A stretch of 63,409 nucleotides of DNA, counting the filler, from Octopus bimaculoides (taxonomy: Eukaryota), in assembly GCF_001194135.2 (NCBI RefSeq). It is 10 parts of 8 records of this genome, joined end to end, with 100 filler letters (N's around TTAATTAATTAA, not from the genome) between each part and the next. Parts side by side here need not be neighbours in the genome. Positions count along the whole stretch, not along the records: positions 1 to 18,517 come from NC_068981.1; 9 more parts are not named here. One strand, 5' to 3'. This document shows, piece by piece, positions 1 to 11,782 of this stretch (position 1 is the first letter of the stretch; each line of letters opens with the position of its first letter). Position numbers and translations under genes: made by a program. The notes beneath the pieces are model-generated. The model made no database searches and was not told the DNA's origin. It worked only from the letters and a program-made list of their open reading frames with translations.

Positions 1-391
1 ATATATATATATATATATATATATATACACGTATGTATAATTATTCTTTTATTGTTTTGTTTCAATTACTGAAAAGCCGCCATGCTGTTATATATCTGTG
101 ACTTTTACCAGGATACATTACTTTGTTTTGCTGGCGTTAAATTTTATTCTAGTTATTTCTACACGTACGTTTCGAGGCCCATTAGCATTTCATTACTTTA
201 AAACGTTAAAGTCCGACATCAAGAAATATTTTGGGCTTTCCAGATACTTTTCTTTAATCTCTATCAAATTCAGGTTATATTTGTATGTTTTGCACTTCGA
301 TTCCTGCCTAACTTTCAATAACATATTTCTTAATGAAGTTGGTTTTAAGCCGAACATTTTATCCGCATTGCTATATGCAAATGAAAAGGCA

Positions 392-484
<93 letters not shown>

Positions 485-532
485 GTCTNNNNNNNNNNNN
501 NNNNNNNNNNNNNNNNNNNNNNNNNNNNNNNN

Positions 533-570
<38 letters not shown>
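392..570. repeat. (TATC)n and (TG)n microsatellites either side of a gap
   Basis: Direct reading. Confidence 0.95.
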
Positions 571-572
<2 letters not shown>

Positions 573-1091
573 TGTCTGTCCGTCCATGTGCCAACGTGTG
601 TGCTTGTGTGAAAGAGACGAGATGGTGGATGAATTTAGTTGTGTGTGTGTTCCTGTGCAAAGAGATGTGTGTGTGTGTTTGCATGCCAGTGAGTGCGGTA
701 ATGTATGTATCAGGTTGTGATTTACTTTTGCTCTTTTTGACTTTAGCCCTTGGTAAGTGTTTTCTAGCTGATGGAGTAATATCAATGGTAATTAGAAGTG
801 GTGTAAACAGAGGAAGTAGTTGTATAGGAAGTAGGAATGGAGGAGGGTATAGGTTGATAGAAATGTATGATGAACAGATATATTTTGGTTTGATTTAGAG
901 ATTTTGTTATTGTTTACGATTCTGTTAAGCGTGGTTGTGAAGAAATACAGAGATGCATCATATTCAGTTGACGTTAATCATTACATATATAAGGAATTTG
1001 TATTTATGATTCACAAAAGATTTTTTGTTGATAATACAGTTGGTCACACAACGTAAATCAGACTGAGTTTTGAGTCTGGTGTTAGCATTGG

Positions 1092-1295
1092 TACTCTTTT
1101 TTACTCTTTTACTCTTTTACTTGTTTCAGTCATTTGACTGGGGCCATGCTGGAGCACCGCCTTTAGTCGAGAAATTCGACCCCAGGACTTATTCTTTGTA
1201 AGCCTAGTACTTATTCTATCGGTCTCTTTTTGCCGAACCACTAAGTTACGGGGACGTAAACACACCAGCATCAGTTGTCAAGTGATGGTGGGGGA

Positions 1296-1329
<34 letters not shown>

Positions 1330-1643
1330 NNNNNNNNNNNNNNNNNNNNNNNNNNNNNNNNNNNNNNNNNNNNNNNNNNNNNNNNNNNNNNNNNNNNNNN
1401 NNNNNNNNNNNNNNNNNNNNNNNNNNNNNNNNNNNNNNNNNNNNNNNNNNNNNNNNNNNNNNNNNNNNNNNNNNNNNNNNNNNNNNNNNNNNNNNNNNNN
1501 NNNNNNNNNNNNNNNNNNNNNNNNNNNNNNNNNNNNNNNNNNNNNNNNNNNNNNNNNNNNNNNNNNNNNNNNNNNNNNNNNNNNNNNNNNNNNNNNNNNN
1601 NNNNNNNNNNNNNNNNNNNNNNNNNNNNNNNNNNNNNNNNNNT

Positions 1644-1676
<33 letters not shown>

Positions 1677-1833
1677 AGACGGGCTTCTTTCAGTTTCCGT
1701 CTACCAAATCCACTCACAAGGTCGGCCCGAGGCTATAGTAGAAGACACTTGCCCAAGGTGCCACACAGTGGGACTGAACCCGGAATCATGTGGTTGATAA
1801 GCAAGCTACTTACGACACAGCCACTCCTGCGCC
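1092..1833 (-). mobile_element. tRNA-derived SINE family A (octopus OK/OR-like), full length with internal microsatellite and gap
   Basis: Minus strand: head GGCGCAGGAGTGGCTGTGTCGTAAGTAG...GGGTTCAGTCCC, body CCTTGGGCAAGTGTCTTCTACTATAGCC, internal (TA)n(TG)n, 3' end ...AAATGACTGAAACAAG(TAAAAGAG)n. Confidence 0.85.
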
Positions 1834-2414
1834 TATTAGCTTTCTATAAAGAAATTTTAAACTTGGTATTTTAGAAACGCCATCACATGAAAGGGAAGGT
1901 ATTAATGCAAAAAATGTCATAAAGGAATCATAGCATTCGACTTAAAACGTTTCAAAAAGGTTTGATTCGGGAGAAAAACCCAGGCATTAAAGCCTTCATT
2001 GCCTTTAATGGGAACAATACGATTCAACAAAAAATAAAGTCAAATGCCTCAAGCAACTACCACGTTAAATGCATGTGTTATTGTATTGTCACAAATTTAA
2101 CATGATACTACATGTGTGTGTGTGGGGGGTACATATATATATGTGTGTGTGTGTGTGTTTGTGTATGCAAATACATAGCAAAGAAGAAAAAAGCATGAGT
2201 TGTTTATAAGATGTTTATCTGCACCACCTTAAGTTTCATAAACATAAGGTGATTATCAGCTACATGGTGCAAAAATTATAAACTACGTAATCCACACTTG
2301 CTGCCAACTCGTGGGAGATATGTAATTATTACAAGAAATATATTAAGAGAGAACATATGCTAGTAGTAGTCGCCATCAATGAGATAGCTCGCGACTTGAC
2401 TGATTGGACTGATC

Positions 2415-2615
2415 TCAAAGGCGAACTGGTGAGATCGCAAGAATGCCAGAAAAACGGCATCGTTGCATTTGTTCCGACTCTTTCTATTCTGAGTGCAAAT
2501 TCCGTCGAAGCGAACTTTGCCTTTTATTCTTACGAGATTGATAATAACAATGTATTTTTCAAATACTGGGGTTTATGTAATCAACTGTTCTAGCCTTGTG
2601 CCTATCTCAGAAATC
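2415..2615 (+). mobile_element. SINE family B, old degenerate copy (further partial copies at ~5545-5680, 17115-17225, 34215-34345, 60205-60250)
   Basis: TTCTGAGTGCAAATTCCGTCGAAGCGAACTTTGCCTTTTATTC and CTGGGGTTTATGTAATCAAC...CCTTGTGCCTA match the family B body. Confidence 0.6.
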
Positions 2616-3182
2616 CTTATTAATAAGTACATACAAAAACAACAATCAATTAGATTGAAATTAATTTTAAGAATACTGTTGATAGCGTATTCGAGATTTA
2701 CGATGGACACTTAAGTTATAATTAACTGAAATACTTGAGAAACTCTATAAATATAAATTTGTGCGAATAATTTTATGTACATGCACAGAGATATGTTTAA
2801 ATATTCCTGCCTTGTGTAAATAAAAGTATATACAGATAATTACATTTTATACTACGATTATAAACATAATTATGAATGAACGGAAGATACATTTATGATT
2901 TTTAAGGCCTGTATTTTCTAATGTAAATAAATATTTTTAAAAAGTCGTTAATTTCGCCAGTTAGAGTGAACGAGTGTTTAATTTAGTAAATTTAGTATTA
3001 AGGTTTTTGAATTACTTTCCTTCATAATAATTTTCAAATTCCAAAGACATTTGCAAGAATTTTGACTGAACACTGAAAGTTGGCTGAACCATTGTTAAAT
3101 ATGTGATATGCATATCGTTTATCCTTTAAATTTGTGTTATGTGTTATTAATGGCTTATTTTACAGAAGTTAGAGACACACAT

Positions 3183-3185
3183 AGT

Positions 3186-3234
<49 letters not shown>

Positions 3235-3370
3235 GGGTAGACAGACAGATAGACAGACAGGTAGATAGATAGGCAGACAGACAGACAGACATCAGACAAG
3301 CCGACAGACATCAGACAAACAGGCAGACAGGCAGACAGACAGACAGACACACACACACACACACACACAC
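3183..3370. repeat. Compound (GATA)/(GACA)/(CA) microsatellite
   Basis: Direct reading. Confidence 0.9.
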
Positions 3371-5282
3371 AAATCAGCCATCTCTTTCTCTTCAGATAAA
3401 CATAAACAGACACATTCTGGATATCTCTACCTACGCCTCTACTATTCTCATATACGTGCATATATACACGCAGATACGCACAAACCCGAACACGCAAACG
3501 CACACATATAGTAGTTAAGCATCAGAAAGAATTTGTTCTATATTTCATAGCTTCGAATGATAATGGTGAGAGATTTGTTCATAACGATGACAAGTCAGAA
3601 AAAGAGAGATAGAAAATATCATGGAGAGATATTATATATCATACTTAGAAATAAATTTCAGTACATGTTATTTTATAATTTAGAATTATATTTGTTCCTG
3701 CACTCTTTGCTCTGATTTCACATTGCGTTGAAGTCACCTTTGCCTTTCAGGCAACCCAACTGGGGTCCAGGGGTTGGAATTGTGTTGGTGAGCATGAATT
3801 TCGGTGATCATTCTTTGGATGAAGTCAAAGATGCTTTTGTATATATAGCATTACCATCGTTCCACGTGAGGTTTGTATAATGTTCATAGATGTTGGGAGC
3901 TGAAATATTTTCTTACATAGAAAGGCCAGTCATTGTGATGCAGTCTTTGCTTTATTGTGGCTGTGGGTTTGCTAGTAGAGATTATCACTAATGGTGAGAC
4001 CCTCCCTTAGCATTTGCTGTAATCATGAAAATTTTGATGCATGTCGTTAATAACCAGGGAGAAAAATACGTGATTATATTCTTGATATATGTAGTGTTTA
4101 TGCTTTTGTGCTCTTCAAAGGAACGAATTTAGTATGATGTTATTGGTGAATGTTTATAAGAAATTTCTTCAGTGCAGGTTTGGTATAATGTAACTTAGTT
4201 GCATTTGGATGACGATTCGATGCAGAATATCTAACAGGAATGAAATCATTTGTATTGGACCGGTCACTCTTAGAAATGACGATGTATAAGTCTAAGCTGT
4301 ATGGGAGGAAGAGTAGGGACATCACAACCAAACTTCTGGACACAGCAGATTTGCTAAATTGTTTTCATGTATATTGGACGTATATGTCACATGTGCTTGA
4401 AATGACTCCATAGTACATTGGGAATATTTTACAAACCAATATTGAACTCTTTGATTTTAAATTGTAAGATAACATGAACTGAAATTTATTTCTAAATATG
4501 ATATATAATATCTCTCCCTTCTATTTTCTATCTCTCTATTTCTAACAGTATCATCGTTATGAACAAATTTCTCACCATCATCGTTCGAAGCTACGAAATA
4601 TAGTAAGATTTAAAAGTGACTATACAGTAATAACATATTCAATCTTGCTGTATTTTTCGTTATAAATATATATTGAAATTTTATTTAAAAGCTCACTTAT
4701 GGAAGCATTTTGCTTATTAACATATATTTCACTACAAAGTTCACCAATGCAATACAAATTCAACTTCCATTACAATACCATTCACGTCTAGTATGACTTG
4801 AAGGGATACGAATATAATATACACTATAAATATATAAGTATTATTATTTTTGTTTTTCTAGTTTACATGTTACAGTCATTATACAGCGGCCATTCTAGAG
4901 CACCACCTTCAAAGGTTTTGGTTGATCACATCGCCTTATGTACTTGTTATCATTCTCTATTTATTGAACTGCTAGGTTCTTTTTTCACGGAGATTAATGC
5001 AACTCGACGCCAGTTATCACCAGTGAACATAAATACAGATTCGGTCACGGACTTACACACACACACACACACACATGGCTTCAGACACGTAATCCCAGGG
5101 CGTTATTTAGAGTGTCTTCTAATGTAGCCTTGACCAATAGCTTTTAGATTTGAGAAGGGAATGTAAATAGACAGAGGCTGTGCAGAAAATTGTTACTGTA
5201 CACTCAGACACACACACACACACACACTCACACACACGAACACACACACACACGAACACACACACGAACACACACACACACA

Positions 5283-5313
<31 letters not shown>

Positions 5314-5799
5314 GCACACACACACACGCACAAATTCCATCCACCAAATTTCCTCTCACAAATGCTGGTTGATCTAAAAAGTTAAATCATCGATTTAAAA
5401 TATTTGTTTCGGTTCTTTACAATCTGAGTACAGTCATTGATTAGAATCCATCTCCACAAAGTTGAGGCATCGTGTTTATGCAAAATAATTTTTATTATCA
5501 TAACATTTTAGCATGTAATACTATTTCTGTTATAGATATAAGGCCTGAAATTTTGTAGGAGAATGCTAGTCGAATATATCGACTCTCAGTGCTCAGCTGA
5601 ATTCGACAGAGTGAAAGTTGACCTCGGCGGTGTTTGAAATGAGAACCTGAAAAAAGATGCTAATAGGACGCTATGATTTCTTAAGTAATTTCACAGTATC
5701 CGGTCCTGGTGATAGCGAAGGAGATTCTATGTATGATTATTAAACTTTAATCAGTTGACCCCTGTAGGATAAATCACACTTTTCTGAGATAAATATTTT

Positions 5800-6165
5800 T
5801 CATTCATCCTTTACTTGTTTCATTCATTAGACTGCAGCCATCCTGGGGCACTGTCTGGAAGAATTTTTAACTGAATGAATCAACTCCAGTACTTTATGCT
5901 TTAAAGTATGGTACTTATTCTTTCAGTCTCTTTCTCCAAACTGCTAAGTTACAGGAATGTTAATGTACCAATACTAGTTGTCAAGCAGTGGTGGGGGACA
6001 AACACATACACACACATATATATATATAGGATGGGCTTTCAGTTTCTGTCTACAAAATCCATTCACATGTCTTTGGTTAGCCTGAGGCTATAGTGGAACA
6101 CACCTGCCCAAGGTGCCACACAGTGAGACTGAACCTGGAACCAAATGGTTGGGAAAGTCAAATTG
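5800..6165 (-). mobile_element. SINE family A, diverged copy
   Basis: Shares GGGCTTTCAGTTTCTGTCTACAAAATCC, CTTGCCCAAGGTGCCACACAGTG-like and TTGTCAAGCAGTGGTGGGGGACAAAC blocks with 1092-1833. Confidence 0.75.
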
Positions 6166-6480
6166 CTGTTAAATTTCATTGCTTGCATCATTACTCTTTG
6201 TCTTACAATGAAAATATTTCCTGTTTTAATACAAAGAGAGATCTTTATGGCAACAATAAGCTTGTTTATATACACAAAAGGAATTATTTCATATGCTTTC
6301 CTTTATAATGTATAATAAACTTAGAGTTAGATTCTATCTCACCTAACATTTTGTCAGTATAGTAGCTCCATTTTGTATAAGGGAATCTTGGTGTGGAAGA
6401 TTAAAACTGAATTTTTAACATATCTTTTATTTCCATATTTATTGAGATTTTTAAAAATTAAAATATTTATTCTTTTATAG

Positions 6481-7437
6481 AGTGGAAGGAGAAATTCTAT
6501 AAATTCTACGTCATCCCCTTATCCATACTTTTCTAAGAAAAACAAATCATATTTGGTTACAAACCAGAACGTTAACTGTACATATTGTTCAGCTTTGGAT
6601 CCTCAGCATAAAACGGGAAAAATACGCCTTTAAGAATTACTGATAGCTAAGAATGAATCATATTGCAAAACTGAGGATAATTTGGTCCACAATGCATCAC
6701 TTGAAACAAAACTAGAAACCTCAGGGGAAAATACTCATATTACTAATCCAAGTAAAGAATCTAATGTAGGTTCGCCATTTTTCATGCCTTCCATACATTT
6801 TGAATCAGAGAAAGACTGGAAACCAGCTAGAATTAATAAGAAAACTTTACAGACTGATGTCTAAAAAGATAGGCCAGAAGTAATGAAAGTTGTAATTCCT
6901 AGAGAAGTTTTACCAAATAAAACAACCTTTTACTTCCAGTTCAACAAAAAGGTGATGAAAAGCAGGAGCAAAAGATTGAAAAAAGTGTCTGAAAGTATTG
7001 AAAAAAGCATGGAAAGGGCATTTTCTTTTACAACTCCTAAACAATACATAGAAAGTGATAAGGAAATTTGCCTGAAGAAAACAGAGACCAAACGATATCA
7101 TATGGCTAGATTCAGTAAAGATCCAGTTTGCCTTAACCTCTCATCTGTTAGAAGCAGCCCAGCCTTCCGAGATATACAATTAACATGGATGCGTCAGTAT
7201 CTACAACAGCTTTGTCAAAACTCTATCACTAGGGATTTGGTCTATAATCACAATGCATTTTACTACATGACATATTTCAGTCAGAAAGAAAAAGACAGCC
7301 TCATGTCTGATTTCCCGGAAATATTCTCTTCAAATGCATCCACAGGATATCACATCAGTTACCATTTAACAAAGACATCCATGAAAGAGGACAATAAAGA
7401 TAGCACTTTGAAGCAAAAATTAAACATTCCAATGTAG
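6481..7437 (+). pseudogene. Disrupted large coding exon or pseudo-exon; ~319-codon S/K/T/N-rich frame of unknown product with two in-frame TAA codons (6631, 6862)
   Basis: Starts right after acceptor-like TCTTTTATAG (6471-6480). One frame reads SGRRNSINST...KIRL*ELLIAKNESYCKTEDNLVHNASLE...LQTDV*KDRPEVMKVVIPREV...KLNIPM*. The ORF-track entries 6682..6864 and 6883..7437 share the frame of 6481. Only two internal stops in ~319 codons of AT-rich DNA. Confidence 0.6.
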
Positions 7438-7454
7438 AGTCGTGCGACTTCTTT

Positions 7455-7526
7455 GTATGTATGTATGTATGTATGTATGTATGTATGTATGTATGTATGT
7501 ATGTATGTATGTATGTATGTATGTAT
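7455..7526. repeat. (TATG)n microsatellite just downstream of the 6481-7437 frame
   Basis: Direct reading. Confidence 0.95.
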
Positions 7527-9398
7527 GTGTGCGTGTGTGTATGTTTGTGTGCATACATATATGTGTTTGCATGCGTGTTGTGTGAGCCTATATCCATGAA
7601 CGTGTGTGTATTTATGTTTACACATTGTAACCAGTATCGAGTTGCACCCTTTTTTTGTGAAGTGTATAATTGAGAAATTCGCTTAAGTACAGTTCGATAG
7701 AATATGTAAAATGAGTACTGTTGTCAATATGACTAGTTAAAAGACTTCAAGGCTGCCCCCTGCTATGGCAGTAGACCAATGATCAAATCTAGCGTAAGAG
7801 TAAAATCATAAATTCATTTTCTTCTATTAATATTTTACATTGTATTCATATATTTGTAAGGTATCCTAAATGTTTGGGGAATTACAGAAGATAGATTTGA
7901 ATTGTATTATATTTGAGAAATGTATAATGGAATATGTTAATAGACAAAATGTTTCTAAAAATCAGCTTGTAAATAAAATCACCATGTGCATTCAAAAGGA
8001 AAATAAGCAATATTCAATCTATTATACTGCAGAGTGACGTGTAGAGATTCTGTGTTTTGTAGTTGTGTTGGGTGCAACGGAAAGAGGAAAGGAATATTAT
8101 TTATAACAATTAGGCAATAAATAATTGGTAATACACAGAACTGTAACGCATGCACACAAATACATACAGAGGCATTACTTTTACGGAAAAGTCTTTAAGA
8201 AATGAAAGCAATTCAGTGTTACCGATACTCATCAGAATTCTCTCCTTACAATGTCTGAACACCATCTGAAAGGAGAAATTGTCTTGCGCTGAAGAATGCG
8301 TTTTAGATGGCGTTTGAAGCACCTCAGTTCCGTAATACATTTCCGTTCGATCATTTGTTTGCGTTCAACGGAGAGAATTAGGCGAAAATTTTATTTATAT
8401 GTTATTTCTTTCGAATTACACAAAATTTTGAGAAATGAAGTCTGAGAAATTTACATACATAAAAACTAGTTTTTGAATGTATTTAAAAATACTACATAAT
8501 ATAGTAATAATGAACGTATTATATATAGTGCTTAGATGCACTACTGCTGAAGAGTGCTTCGATATACCTTCCTCTTTCAGTGAATTGCTGCACATCAAGA
8601 AACTGTAGATGTTAGATGTTCAAGAAGTAAAATTCATGAAATTTAATTCTTCAAAGTATCAGAATCATGCTAAGTTTAAGCTATCAAATGAAAGTAATAA
8701 AAAAGGTAGGAAATCTTTTTCTTGCCTATTTCAGGTGCAGTAAACAAACTGAAATGGATCTATCTATAACCGTGTCCAAAATAGCGAAATATTAGTAGTA
8801 TATTCATTTCTATACCGTACGTAACTGCATTGGCTTTACAATTATAAGGGCGTGAATTCGATACTTGGAGAGTATGGAGCTTTGTGTTCTTAGCGAAGCA
8901 CTTCATGTCACACTACGCTCGCCTAAGCTAAAATGAGTACCGGGTGCGGGTGCAGCCCTCTTCTCTGCAAGCTGTTACATCCCCGATACTTCGCTAGGTA
9001 AAAGATTGTAATGATCGACAAGGTCTCTGTCTATTCGCTGATACATTGGCACGTAAAAAAGATAGCGGACATATACTACAAAATAGCAGGCCATATGCGC
9101 TTATGAGTGACAATTGTAGTTTTTTTTATATAGGTATATATATTTATGTACTGTTCTGTGACGGTAAGATCAACAAAAAAGTGCTCCATCTGGTGAGAGA
9201 TAAATATTATTTAATAAACACAATATATATTTTTATGAGCTACTAATAGTTTTATGCAATAAAAACATCTCGGATAGCATTTTTTAACATGTCTAGTGCC
9301 TTCACGCAATCCTCAGGCTGTGCTCACATAGCATGACAAGCTAAAACAGGTCGAGAGGATGAGAGGAAAAATGAGAAAAGGTGAGAAAGAAGTAGATG

Positions 9399-9429
<31 letters not shown>

Positions 9430-10263
9430 CATACATGCTGCAACACACATGCGTTTCATTATTATAACCAACAAAGTATTATTAGAGAACGGTTATAATT
9501 TGTTTCAGGAATTATGTATAATTTTATAATTCATTATATATATTGGCAAGAATATATTTAGTCTTTTAAACGATGCTGATTAATAGCTTGAAGGCGTTCA
9601 ATTTGTACCGAATATATACTGAACCAATCTTCACAAAAATATGTCACACATTATACAAAATTGGAATGCTATTTACTGTGTTTTTTTATCATTATTCATA
9701 AAAGAATCTCGCACTATTTTCAGATGCACATCTATCACCTAAGGGAAAGCATTTACGTTTATGTTACATTTTACACAAACTGTACTTGATAAGCGATATA
9801 TACAACGAAAAAGTATCAGACATCCATGATGTATCCAAATATCCCTTTTTGTATGCTGTAATATCTCGTAAATTTTGATACGAAATAGCAAAATTTCTAC
9901 AACATCTATATAATAACCTGCTTCTTCGTTCGCCCGTTATACTTTAGTTTGTTAGAGAGGCGGAAGTGGAGTGAGTGAAATATGGAGTAAAAGTGAGAGA
10001 GAGAAAGAGAGAAAAAAGAAGTGAGAAATATAAGATGCTTAGCAGAGGGAGATTTTAAAATCATATAGTATACTATTATGGCTGGAAGTGAAATAGCTTA
10101 GCAAAATAAAAATAAAAAATAAAAATAAAAATCTTTCTTAAACACCTCTTAATCTTACTCGTTCCGTGGAACTTCCACAGGTCCCGCTAGTTATCCATTA
10201 ATATAACATAAGCTTAAATATTCTTTAATTCTCCTTTTATTTGCATAAAATATTATATATTCT

Positions 10264-10634
10264 TAGTTATCGCCAAGCCAACATGGCAGTCCCAAAATTA
10301 GGACGAAAGCTGCCGTGAATTAGCTCCAAGAAGCCATCGCCTCTAGCTAGCTATGTGACACACGAAACCTGTGTCCTTTATAACCTTCGAACAGGGGAGG
10401 TCAGCAGTGTCCCCCTGCTGGTTTGGCATCTGCAGACTAGTTTCAGGGTGTTGCCCCTTGTCAATGCAGAGCAGCCAAGCCTTAGCCAGGCGGCGCTGCT
10501 GACTATCTGCTCGAAGGTTATTTATCTAATTTCAGTGGAATCTATCCACTGGTTTTCAGAAATAGAGTTATTAATATTTCTAAGTCTCTCTAAGTCCTAA
10601 TTTTGGGACTGCCATGTTGGCTTGGCGATAACTA
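10264..10634. mobile_element. MITE-like or foldback unit with perfect 41-bp inverted repeats, TA at both ends
   Basis: TAGTTATCGCCAAGCCAACATGGCAGTCCCAAAATTAGGAC (10264-10304) is the exact reverse complement of 10594-10634. Confidence 0.65.
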
Positions 10635-10794
10635 TTAATTTCCAGTACCGCTGCCGTAGTCTCCTTTAGAGAGACTTAGAAATATTAATAACTCTATTAT
10701 ATATTCTATTAACATTTTAAAGCGTGTGTTCATTTATTTATCATGTTAACTGCTTTACTGTTGATTGCATTCACTGAAAATATCTTTATATTCT

Positions 10795-11330
10795 AAGAAT
10801 TCTCAAAGCCCAGCACAACAAGGTCCTTACAGAAATTACCAAGCGGCGGACTTGCAGAGAGCTAAGACCAACAGGCAGCAACCATCACTAACCAAAGTTG
10901 TCACAGTCCTAAGTGAATGTGATAAGGCACATAAGGTAGAGGAACCATTTACTTTTCTATATCAAAACTTAGACTGAGTGATGCATGAGAAACTAGAGTA
11001 AATTCGTCTTTCCAGATAGTGATAATATCACTCCGGCCAGACATATTCCTGCTATTCAGGAGCTCAAAAACAGAGGAATAATTGTGATTGAACTCACAAG
11101 GACCTGAGAGAATAGATTTAACATTTTACTCAACTTCACATTATTCACCAGCTGAAGAAAGACAAATATCAGGACTTGGTTAATTAAGGTCTTATCAAAA
11201 GATAGCACGAAATCTCATTAACTTTGGAAGTCGGCTGCTGTGGTTTTTCAGCAACATTGGTGTTTATTTCATTCAGAAGATTAGTTTGGCAGCCAAACAA
11301 CTATAAAGAGAGATTAGGGAGAAGTCATGA
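10795..11330 (+). mobile_element. Degraded HERO/NeSL-like non-LTR retrotransposon 3' end (restriction-like endonuclease)
   Basis: Frameshifted motifs in the expected order: QHNKVL (10811), LRPDIF (11031), IVIELT (11081), KKDKYQDL (11155), EVGCCGF (11227). Confidence 0.7.
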
Positions 11331-11609
11331 AAGCTGAAACCAGTTTAAGATTTCCCAACATAAATTAGTAAATGTTCGATGTGTTATTCTTTAAATGTAT
11401 ATTAACTATACAATTGTGTAATTCTGGATTTCAATTTGGTCATCTGTCTATCAGTAGTTTTAGTATAAAGGCTGCCCAAATTATTTCATAAAAATCCTCT
11501 AAAATTGGCTTTTGCGGAGTTGTTATTTTCTGGCAAAACGCCTTGATGTTAGACCATGAGTTGAAAACTGAAGCAATTGCAAAGCGGAATAGTCTCTCTT
11601 TCCCTCACT

Positions 11610-11658
<49 letters not shown>

Positions 11659-11736
11659 NNNNNNNNNNNNNNNNNNNNNNNNNNNNNNNNNNNNNNNNNN
11701 NNNNNNNNTATATATATATATATATATATATATATA

Positions 11737-11782
<46 letters not shown>

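Noticed and set aside
98-1874. Long ORF-track entries rich in X, CV, YI, HT or LS dipeptides (and all similar ones across the window)
   Set aside because: They are translations of microsatellites and N gaps.
2357-2593. 78-aa ORF in a CpG-richer patch
   Set aside because: The patch is a degenerate SINE family B copy.
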